Source of the DNA: Leptolyngbyaceae cyanobacterium
GTDB lineage: Bacteria > Cyanobacteriota > Cyanobacteriia > Phormidesmidales > Phormidesmidaceae
DNA length: 64,000 nucleotides
NCBI GenBank assembly: GCA_965263355.1
Contig: CBDHHL010000032.1
Span: 704,001 to 768,000 of the forward strand
Direction: 5' to 3'
Shown: piece after piece, positions 8,152-18,409 of the stretch
Numbering within the stretch: the first letter of the stretch is position 1
Layout: every line of letters starts with the position of its first letter
Made by a program: the position numbers and the translations under genes
Notes under the pieces: generated by a model
What the model was told of the DNA's origin: nothing
What the model saw: the letters and a program-made list of their open reading frames with translations, nothing else
The model's database searches: none

Positions 8152-9756
8152 ATGCTAGGAGAGTTGTTTACTAAGGCCACTCAGGGCAGGTATAGGATAT
8201 TACACCTAACCTGGTTCGCCTTTTTCCTGTCGTTTGTGGTGTGGTTCAACTATCCACCATTTAAGACGACAATTGTTCAAGAGTTTGGATTGACACCTGG
8301 TCAAGCCGGCACGATTGGTCTGTGTAACGTAGCTTTGACGGTTCCTGCCCGAATCATCATTGGTATGTTGTTAGATCGCTATGGTCCTCGTCTAACCTAT
8401 TCTTTGCTGCTAATTTATGCAGCAATTCCCTGTATTATCTTTGCCTCTGCACAGAGCTTCAATCAGTTAGTGATTGGTCGTCTGTTGATGGGTATTGTGG
8501 GTGCAGGTTTTGTAATTGGTATCCGCATGACGGCTGAATGGTTCCCTCCCAAGGAAGTGGGAACTGCAGAAGGTATTTACGGTGGTTGGGGTAACTTTGG
8601 TTCCGCCTTCTCCGCCTTTACTATGGTTATCTTTGGTGTTGCGCTGACCTTCTTGCCCGGTGCGTTCAATTTTGGTGAGCCTCAAACATTTAAAATTTTG
8701 TTCTTCCCTGCATTTGAAACAGCAGTGTTGAACTGGAGATGGGCCATTGCTGGTAGTGGTATTGTTGCTGCTTTATACGGTACGTTCTACTACTTCAACG
8801 TAACTGATACTCCTCCTGGCAAAGTTTATCAGCGTCCCAAGAGTTCTCGTGGTTTGGAAGTAACTACCAAGCGTGACTTCTGGTTCTTGATGCTAATGAA
8901 TGTGCCTCTGACAGGCATTCTAATGGTATTGGCCTGGCGTTTGCAAAAGGTTGGTTTTCTTAGTCCGGCAGCGATGTACATCGCCATTATCTTCCTAATT
9001 GGTTTGTATTTGTTCCAGGCATATAACTGCTGGAGTGTGAACAAAGACCTGTTGTCTGGAGCTAAGGTTTACTCTGCTGAAGACCGCTATCGCTTTAAGC
9101 AGGTAGCTATTTTAGAGTTGACTTATATTGTTAACTTTGGTTCTGAGCTAGCAGTGGTAACCATTCTGCCTGCGTTCTTTGAGGGCACCTTTGGCCTTGA
9201 CAAGGCAACTGCAGGTATCATCGCCTCCAGTTACGCGTTTATGAACCTGATGTCTCGTCCCGGCGGCGGTATCATCTCCGACAAGATGGGTAGCCGTAAG
9301 TGGACCATGGTTGTTCTGACAGCTGGTATGGGTATTGGCTATTTATTGATGAGTACTGTAAATAGTGCTTGGCCATTACCTCTGGCAGTGATTCTGACCA
9401 TGGCTTGCTCCTTCTTTGTACAGGCATCTGAAGGATCTACCTTTGCGATTGTGCCTTTAGTTAAGCGTCGTGTGACTGGTCAGATTGCAGGTAACGTGGG
9501 TGCTTACGGTAACGTGGGTGCGGTCGCTTACTTGACGACTCGCCTGTTGCTTGTGGATGCAGCTGTAGCAGCTGCCGGTGAGGGTGGTACTCCCAACATG
9601 GCTGCCGTTAACTCTGGTTTCTTCCAGGTGCTAGGCATTACGGGTCTAATTGTTGCCTTTATCTGCGTCTTCTTCTTGGATGAGCCTAAGGGGTCATTCG
9701 CTGAAGCCCATGAAGGCGAAGATATATCTGTTCCAGATGCTTCCTACGCCAGCTAA
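8152..9756 (+). CDS. nrtP: MFS nitrate/nitrite permease (NarK/NRT2 family) NrtP
   Basis: ILHLTWFAFFLSFVVWFN; nitrate signature motifs GIYGGWGNFG and AGNVGAYGNVG; FGSELA; lies between nirA and narB. Confidence 0.93.
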   Translation: MLGELFTKATQGRYRILHLTWFAFFLSFVVWFNYPPFKTTIVQEFGLTPGQAGTIGLCNVALTVPARIIIGMLLDRYGPRLTYSLLLIYAAIPCIIFASAQSFNQLVIGRLLMGIVGAGFVIGIRMTAEWFPPKEVGTAEGIYGGWGNFGSAFSAFTMVIFGVALTFLPGAFNFGEPQTFKILFFPAFETAVLNWRWAIAGSGIVAALYGTFYYFNVTDTPPGKVYQRPKSSRGLEVTTKRDFWFLMLMNVPLTGILMVLAWRLQKVGFLSPAAMYIAIIFLIGLYLFQAYNCWSVNKDLLSGAKVYSAEDRYRFKQVAILELTYIVNFGSELAVVTILPAFFEGTFGLDKATAGIIASSYAFMNLMSRPGGGIISDKMGSRKWTMVVLTAGMGIGYLLMSTVNSAWPLPLAVILTMACSFFVQASEGSTFAIVPLVKRRVTGQIAGNVGAYGNVGAVAYLTTRLLLVDAAVAAAGEGGTPNMAAVNSGFFQVLGITGLIVAFICVFFLDEPKGSFAEAHEGEDISVPDASYAS

Positions 9757-9807
9757 CCATTGTTGACTCACTGGTTAGTGATTCCACCAATATTAACTCA
9801 ACAGATT

Positions 9808-9832
9808 GGGGGGCGATTAGCGCTCCCCTTTT
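9808..9832 (+). terminator. Intrinsic terminator after nrtP
   Basis: GGGGGGCG-ATTAG-CGCTCCCC followed by TTTT. Confidence 0.6.
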
Positions 9833-9960
9833 CTGTATCAAAAGGACGATTTATAAATTTTACGGTTGGTATTGATTCACTAAATGGATTGCCCTTGTAC
9901 GATAACTTGTAGGCGCTCTAAACTGTTCTGCAAATACTTTACTGCAGTAGAATAATTTGA

Positions 9961-10003
9961 GTAGAAATACTCACTAAGCTATTCTGACTAATATGCCTAC
10001 AAT
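9961..10003 (+). promoter_or_regulatory. Probable NtcA-type promoter of narB
   Basis: GTA-GAAATACT-CAC (9961-9974) and TACAAT (9998-10003) 23 nt later. Confidence 0.55.
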
Positions 10004-10048
10004 CTGATTTTTTGACTTTATATAAGACAGATTTCTTGTGGATGGAGG

Positions 10049-12289
10049 ATGCGATCTATGGCCGATGGAGCAAAAACATTATGCCCCTACTGCGGTGTAG
10101 GATGTGGTCTTGATGTATTACCCCCTGCTCAACCTGGTCGCCCTGTCAATCGTGATGAGCAAGGTAATCCGGTTTGGCAAGCACGGGGCGATCGCAACCA
10201 TCCATCAAGTAAAGGTCAGGTATGCATTAAGGGGGGCACCATCGGTGATTCTCTCGATAAGGGGCGGTTACTTTATCCGATGATGCGAGAGTCTCTCGAT
10301 CAGCCACTACAGCGAGTATCTTGGGAGCAAGCCCTCAATCGCATCACGTATGAGATTCGTAAAACACTGACAGAGAAAGGTCCCGAAGCTGTCGCCATGT
10401 ATGGTTCCGGCCAGTTTCAAACAGAAGACTATTACACTGCCCAAAAGTTGTTGAAAGGGTGTTTAGGTACCAACAACTTTGATGCTAATTCACGACTATG
10501 TATGTCATCTGCTGTTGCGGGGTATATTCAAAGTTTTGGTTCTGACGGTCCCCCTTGCTGTTATGACGACTTAGAACAAACTGACTGCGCGTTTTTGATT
10601 GGCACCAACACCGCCGATTGTCATCCAATTGTGTTTAATCGTCTAAAGAAATACCACAAGAAAAATCGCAAGGTAAAAATGATTGTGGTGGATCCGCGCC
10701 ACACTGACACAGCAAAAGTTGCAGATTTACATCTGGCCATCAAACCAGGGACTGATATTGCCTTACTTAACGGCATAGCTTATCTATTGCTAAAGCACGG
10801 CTGGCTCGATCCTGGGTTTATCGAGTCCTGTACTGATGGCTTTAGTGACTATGCTCAGGTAGTGAAAAGCTATCCTCCCGAACGAGTGACTGAGATCTGT
10901 GGCATCACCCTGAGTGAATTGGCCAAAGCGGCTGAGTGGTGGGGTAAATCTAAACGAGTGCTATCACTGTGGTCAATGGGTGTGAACCAGTCCACAGAAG
11001 GAACTGCTAAGTGTCGCACTATCATTAATTTGCACCTGATGACGGGCAACATTGGCAAGCCTGGTGCTGGGCCATTTTCGCTTACAGGCCAGCCTAATGC
11101 TATGGGGGGACGTGAAGCCGGTGGTTTGGCCCACATTCTGCCCGGCTACCGACTGGTGAAAAATGACGAGCATCGACAGGCGGTGGAAAAAGTATGGCAG
11201 GTGCCGGAGGGGAGTATTTCTCCAGTGCCTGGTCTGGCAGCTTGGGATATGATGCTGGCCTTAGAACGAGGAGATATTGATGTCTTTTGGGTGGCGGCTA
11301 CTAACCCAGCCGTGAGTATGCCAGATATCAAACGGACTCAGGCGGCACTGAGAAAATCGCCGTTTACGATTTGCCAGGATGCTTACTATCCAACAGAAAC
11401 TGTGGCCTTTGCCCATGTGGTTTTACCCGCTACCCAGTGGGGAGAGAAAGCGGGGGTGATGACAAACTCTGAGCGGGTGGTCACTTATTGTCCAGCATTT
11501 CGAAATCCGGTGGGTGAAGCCAGGGCTGACTGGGAGATTTTTGCTGAGGTAGGCCGTCGTTTAGGGTTTGAAAAACAGTTTGCTCAGCAGACATCGGCAG
11601 AGGTGTATGACGAGTTTATTTCGCTGACGGCGGGGCGCTTGTGTGATTCAACCGGTCTAAGCCATGAGCGACTGGCCAAAGGTCCCATTCAGTGGCCCTG
11701 TTCTGCGAGGGAAAATGATGAGATTGCCTTTGGTAAGCATGATAAGCGGCTGTATACAGACTATCGCTTTGCCACACCCAATAAAAAAGCTAAGTTCTGT
11801 GCGTTTCATATTAAGGGGTTAGCTGAGCCTCCCAATGAGGATTATCCATTTGTGCTGACCACTGGTCGCCTCTATGGTCACTGGCATACTCAAAGTCGCA
11901 CTGGTCGGATTGAAAGGATTACAAAGAAATATCCAGAGCCGTTGCTGGAGGTAAATCCCCGGGATGCTCAGTTACTGGAAATTCAGTCAGGGGAATGGGT
12001 AGAAATAAGGTCTCAACGCAGCTTTGCCCAGTTAAAAGTGCTGGTCACCCAAAACATTACCCGAGGTACGGTGTTTATGCCCATGCATTGGGGCTTTCTC
12101 TGGGGGGACAACATGGAGGTAAATGCATTGACTCATCCAGAAGTCTGTCCGATTTCATTGGAGCCGGAATTGAAGGCATGTGCGGTTCAAGTCATACCAA
12201 TTCCAGAACCTCAGGGTACTGATGAGGCCACCATTAAGTCCCGATTTGATGCAGCCCAGACAAGGACAATGGAGCCGATAAAGGTTTAA
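10049..12289 (+). CDS. narB: Ferredoxin-dependent assimilatory nitrate reductase (Mo-bisPGD); start possibly ATG 10058
   Basis: CPYCGVGC...C 4Fe-4S motif, [44 protein letters not shown]. Confidence 0.96.
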   Translation: MRSMADGAKTLCPYCGVGCGLDVLPPAQPGRPVNRDEQGNPVWQARGDRNHPSSKGQVCIKGGTIGDSLDKGRLLYPMMRESLDQPLQRVSWEQALNRITYEIRKTLTEKGPEAVAMYGSGQFQTEDYYTAQKLLKGCLGTNNFDANSRLCMSSAVAGYIQSFGSDGPPCCYDDLEQTDCAFLIGTNTADCHPIVFNRLKKYHKKNRKVKMIVVDPRHTDTAKVADLHLAIKPGTDIALLNGIAYLLLKHGWLDPGFIESCTDGFSDYAQVVKSYPPERVTEICGITLSELAKAAEWWGKSKRVLSLWSMGVNQSTEGTAKCRTIINLHLMTGNIGKPGAGPFSLTGQPNAMGGREAGGLAHILPGYRLVKNDEHRQAVEKVWQVPEGSISPVPGLAAWDMMLALERGDIDVFWVAATNPAVSMPDIKRTQAALRKSPFTICQDAYYPTETVAFAHVVLPATQWGEKAGVMTNSERVVTYCPAFRNPVGEARADWEIFAEVGRRLGFEKQFAQQTSAEVYDEFISLTAGRLCDSTGLSHERLAKGPIQWPCSARENDEIAFGKHDKRLYTDYRFATPNKKAKFCAFHIKGLAEPPNEDYPFVLTTGRLYGHWHTQSRTGRIERITKKYPEPLLEVNPRDAQLLEIQSGEWVEIRSQRSFAQLKVLVTQNITRGTVFMPMHWGFLWGDNMEVNALTHPEVCPISLEPELKACAVQVIPIPEPQGTDEATIKSRFDAAQTRTMEPIKV

Positions 12290-12810
12290 GACAATCACAG
12301 TTGTTCAATTCGTTCTAAACTCAGGCCAGTTTTCTCATTCAGTCTGGTAGCCGGTGGAAGTTTCCTGGTAGAGGATACCGTCGGTGAAAATGACTTTTGA
12401 TGAAAATTTCGATAACGTTGCCTTTGTAAGCAACAGAGCCAATGGTTTCTACGCCAAAGACGATGGCGGTAGCCTGGCTTGCTCGCCAGTAAAAGGACAA
12501 CAACCAAAAGATAGAACACCTCTAAATCAACAATAGGCCGTCAGAAAAATCCAGGGTTCTTCCGAAGTCTCTGATATGACTTATAGTTTGGGTAACATAA
12601 CTTATAGCTTGGATAAATAAACCTTATCCATGTCTAGAACGTTAGTTTTTCCAGTGAAGCGGCTCCAGGTTTCAACTTGGACATGGTTTAGTAGTGGATC
12701 ATGACGGATGCTCAACATTTGAATAAACGAAGAAATATCAAAGGCCTCACCAAAATTTCAGCCCATGATGAGCTAAACGCTAATACAGATTAACTACTTC
12801 AGTATTTTCC

Positions 12811-15288
12811 GTGAAGATGTCTTCTATTATTCTCGATATCAAATCTGCTATCACACGTAACCCAAGAGTCATTACACTACAAACCACTGTTGAGGAAGCG
12901 ATCGCTTACATGGAGGCCCCTCATCCCTATGTAGTTCCACCAGAAACGCTAAGGGGCACACACATTGATTTCCTCACAAAAGAACTCCATGACGAATTAA
13001 GAGCGCGATATTTAGTCGTAGTAGAGCATCAAAAAGTAACTGGACTACTGACTGCTCAAGACCTCCTCTCCTACAGTTACCAACAAGGCAAAAGTGCGGC
13101 TAGTCTAACAATCGATCAGTTCATCACTAAACCTTTTGCAACGCTATCTGAATCAGCGTTGACGGAACTCTATACGCCCTTGAATTTGCTAAGACAGCAT
13201 TGGATGCGTCCAATTGTGATCTTAGATGAGCACAATCATCTGACAGGTTTACTGACTTATGAAAAAGTACATACAGTTGCATTTGCGAATCAAGTTCAAT
13301 CTGCCACAGTCGTGCCCCCTGCATCTGCTAAGACACATTCCCAAACAAAGCTAGGCCCCAGCACGTCAATGCAGCGAGAGCAAGTGATGAATAAAATCAT
13401 CGCTCAGGTGCACTCATCGCTAGATGTTCAAACTATTTTAGAGATGACGGTAACCGAATTGCGAGCGGTATTGGAATGCGATCGCGTCATCACCTATCAG
13501 CTTCGATCGGATCTGACGGGTAAAGTGATTGCTGAATCAGTTAATACGCCATCGCGTTCAGTGCTATACAGAGAAATTCACGATTCCTGCGTGACTCCCG
13601 AATGGCTTGAACCCTATCGCCACGGCAAGGTTCGCATTGTCGATGACATCTATAAAACGGAAATGACAGTTTGTCATCAAACCCTGCTCACTGACTTCGG
13701 CATTCGCTCAAAGATAATGGTCCCGATTATTGTTGAAAGTAAAATTTGGGGTTTTATTCTGACCAGTGAGCAGGACACACCTCGCCAATGGCAACCCGCA
13801 GAAGTTGAATTGGTACGTCAGGTGGGGATACAGGTAGCAATCTCAGTGCAACAAGCCCAAGCCTACAACCGTGCCCAATTAGAAGTAGAAGAGCGTCGCA
13901 AGGCCGAGCAACAACTTCAACAAACACTCGACGTCACTGCAACCAAAATAGGGGCTGATTTTTTTCCCACCTCTGTAATGCTATTAGCGGAGTCGTTGGG
14001 GGTTGCCCATATTCTTTTGACCGAGCGACATGGTAATACACTCCGCACATTGGCATATGTGATCGATCAGGATCTACAACACACTACCTTTGAATATGAA
14101 TTTGTGGGCACACCTTGTGAACACGTATTGAAAACAGGTGGATTCTATTGTAAATGTGACATCCAAGATCTATTTCCTGAAGATTTAGATTTAGTCGATT
14201 TGGGGGTAGAGAGTTATCTTGGGTTTGCAATGCAAGATTCTCAAGGAGAAGTAGTCGGACATCTTTGTGCGTTGGATCGAAAACCGTTGGAGCGTTCAGA
14301 ACGAGCAGAAAAACTCATTCGGTCTTTTGCCGCCCGAGCCTCTGCTGAATTAGAGCGTCAAAAGGCAATCAATGCCCTAGAAACGCTTAATCAAGAACTT
14401 GAAGCCAAAGTAGTGGCTCGCACAGCTGATCTCCAAGCCTCTTATCAACAGCTTAAAGATACTCAATTACAACTGATGCAATCGGAGAAAATGTCTAGTC
14501 TCGGGCAGCTTGTTGCAGGTGTTGCTCACGAAATTAATAATCCGGTCAGTTTTATCTATGGAAATTTAACGCCGTGTCTAGAGTATGTTGATGATCTATC
14601 TCATTTAATTGCGCTCTACAAAAAACATTATTCAACACCACATCCAGAGATTTCAGAATTTATTGAAGCCGCAGATATCCAATATACGCTCGAAGATTTT
14701 CCTGCGCTAATCAATTCTATGCAAACGGGTGCAACTCGAATTCAAGCGATTGTTCAATCATTACGCACTTTTTCGTATTCTCAACAGGAAGGCTATAAGG
14801 CAATCAATATCCATGACAATATTGATAATACCTTAGTGATTTTACAAAATCGTTTAAATGGTCGGGCAGGAAATCCAGCGATTGAAGTTGTTAAGAATTA
14901 TGGTGAGCTACCGTTGGTTGAATGTTACGGCGGTTTACTCAACCAAGTATTTATGAACTTGTTAGTGAATGGAATTGATGCTATTGAACAACAGCAAAAA
15001 GTATTTTCTAGCTATCATGGCTATCTAACCATTGTCACAACAGTTGTGTCCCCCGAGAAAATTGCAATCACAATTCAAGACAATGGCATTGGCATGACAA
15101 CAGAAGTCCAAGATAAAATCTTCAACCCATTCTTTACAACTAAGCCTGTGGGTATTGGGACAGGCATGGGGTTATCCATTAGCTATAAGATTGTAACAAG
15201 TGACCACCAAGGGCAATTTTATTGTTCTTCGGTTTTAGGTGAAGGAACCGAATTTATCGTTGAGTTACCTATCAAAATAACTATTTAA
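12811..15288 (+). CDS. Sensor histidine kinase: CBS pair, cyanobacteriochrome-type GAF, second GAF, HisKA/HATPase
   Basis: CBS-like N-terminus; GAF with HDSCV...PYRHGK...CHQTLL; H-box LGQLVAGVAHEINNP; LNQVFMNLLVNGIDA, DNGIG, FFTTKPVGIGTGMGLSI. Confidence 0.88.
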   Translation: MKMSSIILDIKSAITRNPRVITLQTTVEEAIAYMEAPHPYVVPPETLRGTHIDFLTKELHDELRARYLVVVEHQKVTGLLTAQDLLSYSYQQGKSAASLTIDQFITKPFATLSESALTELYTPLNLLRQHWMRPIVILDEHNHLTGLLTYEKVHTVAFANQVQSATVVPPASAKTHSQTKLGPSTSMQREQVMNKIIAQVHSSLDVQTILEMTVTELRAVLECDRVITYQLRSDLTGKVIAESVNTPSRSVLYREIHDSCVTPEWLEPYRHGKVRIVDDIYKTEMTVCHQTLLTDFGIRSKIMVPIIVESKIWGFILTSEQDTPRQWQPAEVELVRQVGIQVAISVQQAQAYNRAQLEVEERRKAEQQLQQTLDVTATKIGADFFPTSVMLLAESLGVAHILLTERHGNTLRTLAYVIDQDLQHTTFEYEFVGTPCEHVLKTGGFYCKCDIQDLFPEDLDLVDLGVESYLGFAMQDSQGEVVGHLCALDRKPLERSERAEKLIRSFAARASAELERQKAINALETLNQELEAKVVARTADLQASYQQLKDTQLQLMQSEKMSSLGQLVAGVAHEINNPVSFIYGNLTPCLEYVDDLSHLIALYKKHYSTPHPEISEFIEAADIQYTLEDFPALINSMQTGATRIQAIVQSLRTFSYSQQEGYKAINIHDNIDNTLVILQNRLNGRAGNPAIEVVKNYGELPLVECYGGLLNQVFMNLLVNGIDAIEQQQKVFSSYHGYLTIVTTVVSPEKIAITIQDNGIGMTTEVQDKIFNPFFTTKPVGIGTGMGLSISYKIVTSDHQGQFYCSSVLGEGTEFIVELPIKITI

Positions 15289-15519
15289 TCAGCGCGGCAC
15301 TATGTTTATGTCCATGGGCTGAGGTTTTCTCTAGGGTGACAACATGGAGTTTAATGCCCTACTCTGCCCAGAGGTATGTCCAATTTTTCTATAACCTGAG
15401 CTTAACCTTGGTGCTGTCCAGGTTATACCAATCTCAGAACCTCAAGTTTCCACTGACGCCACGGTTAAGTCAGGGTTTCAAGCCGCGCGAAAGCTGGTAG
15501 AACGCACAGAGGTTAAGGG

Positions 15520-15778
15520 TTAAGTCTGCGAAGTACGTAGTTGCTCGATCACCTCTGGGCTCAATCCTGCCTTTTGACTGATGATGTCTGAATCTAAAAC
15601 ATTCAGCATACCTTTGAGTTGAGGGGCTTGATAGGGATCGAGAATGGTTTAGATTTTGGATAGTGTCTTGGCCCCCGTAGAGGATAGCATTTAGAAAATT
15701 GAGCAAAATGTCCTTGCTATGCTCTGAGGCAAAGATTTTCTTAAATGCAAAGTCGGTTTTGGGGTTGAGGAAACGCAT
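15520..15778 (-). pseudogene. Rpn / PD-(D/E)XK 'transposase' family remnant with a frameshift and a large internal deletion
   Basis: N-terminus MRFLNPKTDFAFKKIF...LLNFLNAIL. After a 1-nt shift it reads TILDPYQAPQLKGM, fused directly to a typical Rpn tail LNVLDSDIISQKAGLSPEVIEQLRTSQT* (stop at 15522-15520). Confidence 0.8.
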
Positions 15779-16003
15779 GACTCAAACCAAAACATATGTA
15801 TTTTATTGTAGCTCAATGCTCTTCTGTAAAAACTGAATACAGTTATGACGTTAGAGCTGGACGCGATCGCACAATCGCTTAAGCGTATACTCTCAAGGGA
15901 ATGCACCCTATGCTGGCTTAAGATCTGCCCAAATTCTCCCCCGTTCTAATCAAGGGCTATGATGGAAACAATTCTCAAGGCTAATTGCAAGGCTTAAACA
16001 CCG

Positions 16004-16684
16004 ATGGTTGCACAGCTTACAGCCGATACTATTTACCCTGAAAGTGATGGTAAGCCCATGGCTGATAACACCAAGCAGTTTCGCTGGATTGTGACCATCA
16101 AGGAAAATTTGGAAATTCTATTTGCTGAGGAGCCGGATGTGTTTGTGGCCGGTGACCTGCTGTGGTACCCGGTAGAGGGAAATAATCGGCTCTGTCAGGC
16201 ACCGGACGTGATGGTAGCGTTTGGCCGTCCCAAGTGCGATCGCGGTTCCTATCGCCAGTGGTTAGAAAACGATGTTGCGCCTCAGGTGGTCTTTGAAATT
16301 TTATCCCCCGGTAACCGCCCTGGTGAAATGACCCAAAAGGCTTTGTTTTATCAGCGTTATGGTGTGGAAGAGTATTACCTGTATGACCCGGATAATAATG
16401 AGCTGATGGGGTGGCACTGGCAATTAGCAAACGGTGCCGCGACGCCCATCAATGCAGAAATTAGCGATATCCAGAATTGGGTAAGCCCCCGTCTGGGTAT
16501 TCGGTTTCAGTTAACGGATAATACCCTCACGATTTATGCATCTACAGGGGAGCCATTTTTAACCCCAGTGGAGCTGGCACGGCAGCGAGATCAAGCTCAG
16601 CAGCAGCGGGATGAAGCTCAGCAAAAAGCAGAGCGTTTAGCGACTAAATTGAGGGAGCTGGGCATTGACCCGGATACGGTATAA
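16004..16684 (+). CDS. Uma2 (DUF820) family putative restriction endonuclease
   Basis: YPESDGKPMADNTKQF, APDVMV, VVFEILSPGN, YGVEEYYLYDP; coiled-coil tail ending KLRELGIDP. Confidence 0.93.
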   Translation: MVAQLTADTIYPESDGKPMADNTKQFRWIVTIKENLEILFAEEPDVFVAGDLLWYPVEGNNRLCQAPDVMVAFGRPKCDRGSYRQWLENDVAPQVVFEILSPGNRPGEMTQKALFYQRYGVEEYYLYDPDNNELMGWHWQLANGAATPINAEISDIQNWVSPRLGIRFQLTDNTLTIYASTGEPFLTPVELARQRDQAQQQRDEAQQKAERLATKLRELGIDPDTV

Positions 16685-17033
16685 GACAACTTTCAAGGTC
16701 ATGCATGCTGCAGTTGATAAGGCTTTTCCCGAAAGATTATCCATAGTTTCCGATCCGAGTATTAGCAGGATCTGTTTGCAGTCATTCACCATGTGTTCAG
16801 TACAGATAAACGACAAAACTTTTCTCCATTTAGTGCCTTCAAACAGCACACTGACCTGGTTTATCTCTCTTTCCAACGATTTCAGCAATTAATTCTTAGA
16901 TACTTTATATGTAGTATGTATTTGTCTATTAGTAGTTGATAAAGATCTACGTTTAGTACGCTTAGCACTATATAGATAATCATGTAATACCGTCCTTAAC
17001 TGTAGATATTGAAGAGTTCGAGCAAAAATTGCT

Positions 17034-18151
17034 ATGACAGGTTTGGAAGCTTTCATCGGTTATGCGGTAGAGTCAATTGCCACCAAAGTCGTAGAGAGCA
17101 TCTTTGTCAGTGGCGGTGGGTTTGCAAAAGTTAGTTTTAGATTCTTTAGAAATCGAATTCTTAGAGACGTAACTACTGCTTCTCGAAAATATGCACAAAA
17201 CCATGAAAATCGTCATGGTATTATTAAAGTCTTATCGATGACTGACCCGATCCCTCTGAATTCAGTGTATGTCGATACAAATATCTTGTCTCAGTCAAAA
17301 GGGATTGCGTCCGAAAAGGAAGACTTTTCTAAAAATGAACGAAAGACAAACCCTATCCAAGAGCCATCAAATTCAATAAAAATTGCTAATAAGAAGCAAT
17401 ATCTTATGGTTCTAGGTAACCCAGGCTATGGAAAGACGACCTTTCTTAGAAAAGTTGGTCTTGAAGCACTAAAAGGTATTAAAGGTAGCTTTTCTCATCG
17501 ATGTATTCCTGTTTAGCCGACAACATAGACTCTTTTATTTTAACGGCTGAATCTGAGGTTAAAGTTTTAGAGGAATTAACAAAATCACAGGTGGCGGCTG
17601 CATATCTGTTAGGGCGATTAAAACTTAAGGATATAGATCTGTTTAATTTTCAACTAGCTGTTATGAATGGGGCAAGTGGTTGGATAGGGCAAGTGATTGG
17701 CGAAAAAATAAGTTCTTTAAAGAAAATAAGTTTTGAATTGACTGCTTGCAAAAGCATCTTTGAGGACTTATCGAGAGGCAGTTTAACAAGAGAAAAAGCT
17801 GCTGCTTACAGATCTCTCTATCTTAAACTAAAGTCCCTTACTTTCCAGTTTGCTAGGCTTTACGAGAGTTTTCAGGTGTTCTATGAAAAAATTGAAAATG
17901 CTCAGGAAGAGACTTTATTTAGGAAAAGAAGCAATATAAATTCTATTTCTGAGACTAATTCAATTGTATCAATTTGTAGTGATTTTCAACTTACAGAAAA
18001 TGACTATTTTGGCTTAGTTCAGTACTTAAATTTGAATGCCTTGATATTTAGATGCAAGTATGCATCTGAAGGAATTTCAACTAATAAGTGGAAAAGGTTT
18101 GAGGCAATCATTCTCACATCTACCGTTAAGTCTTCAAGGGTAAAAATATAG
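17034..18151 (+). pseudogene. NACHT (STAND) NTPase gene with internal deletion and frameshift; two fragments, 17034-17516 and 17501-18151
   Basis: Fragment 1 has Walker A LMVLGNPGYGKTTFLR and stops at HRCIPV* before Walker B. Fragment 2 ends in YLNLNALIFRC...ISTNKWKRFEAIIL, resembling C-terminal helical domains of cyanobacterial NACHT proteins. AT-rich. Confidence 0.7.
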
Positions 18152-18409
18152 ACCATCCTCTGAAATAGACATGTTGTATCAATGGAGTTATGTGTATGCA
18201 TATTGCCTGCACAAATTGTCAGTTCATCAAGATAGATTAAGTTAGTATGTAGTCTTTGCTACAAAACGTTGTTGTCCTCAACATCTTTTGTTAGAGAGAA
18301 TGCATCACTAATACTGGTCTAAACCAGACTGAATTCCTTTCCATGAATTATTAAGAATCAGTTGCCCAGATACCCTTTTACAATATAGTCGCACCGTTTC
18401 TCTCCCTCT

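Noticed and set aside
16637..16892. Short ORFs on both strands after the Uma2 gene
   Set aside because: No convincing motif; may be a decayed gene fragment but cannot be supported.
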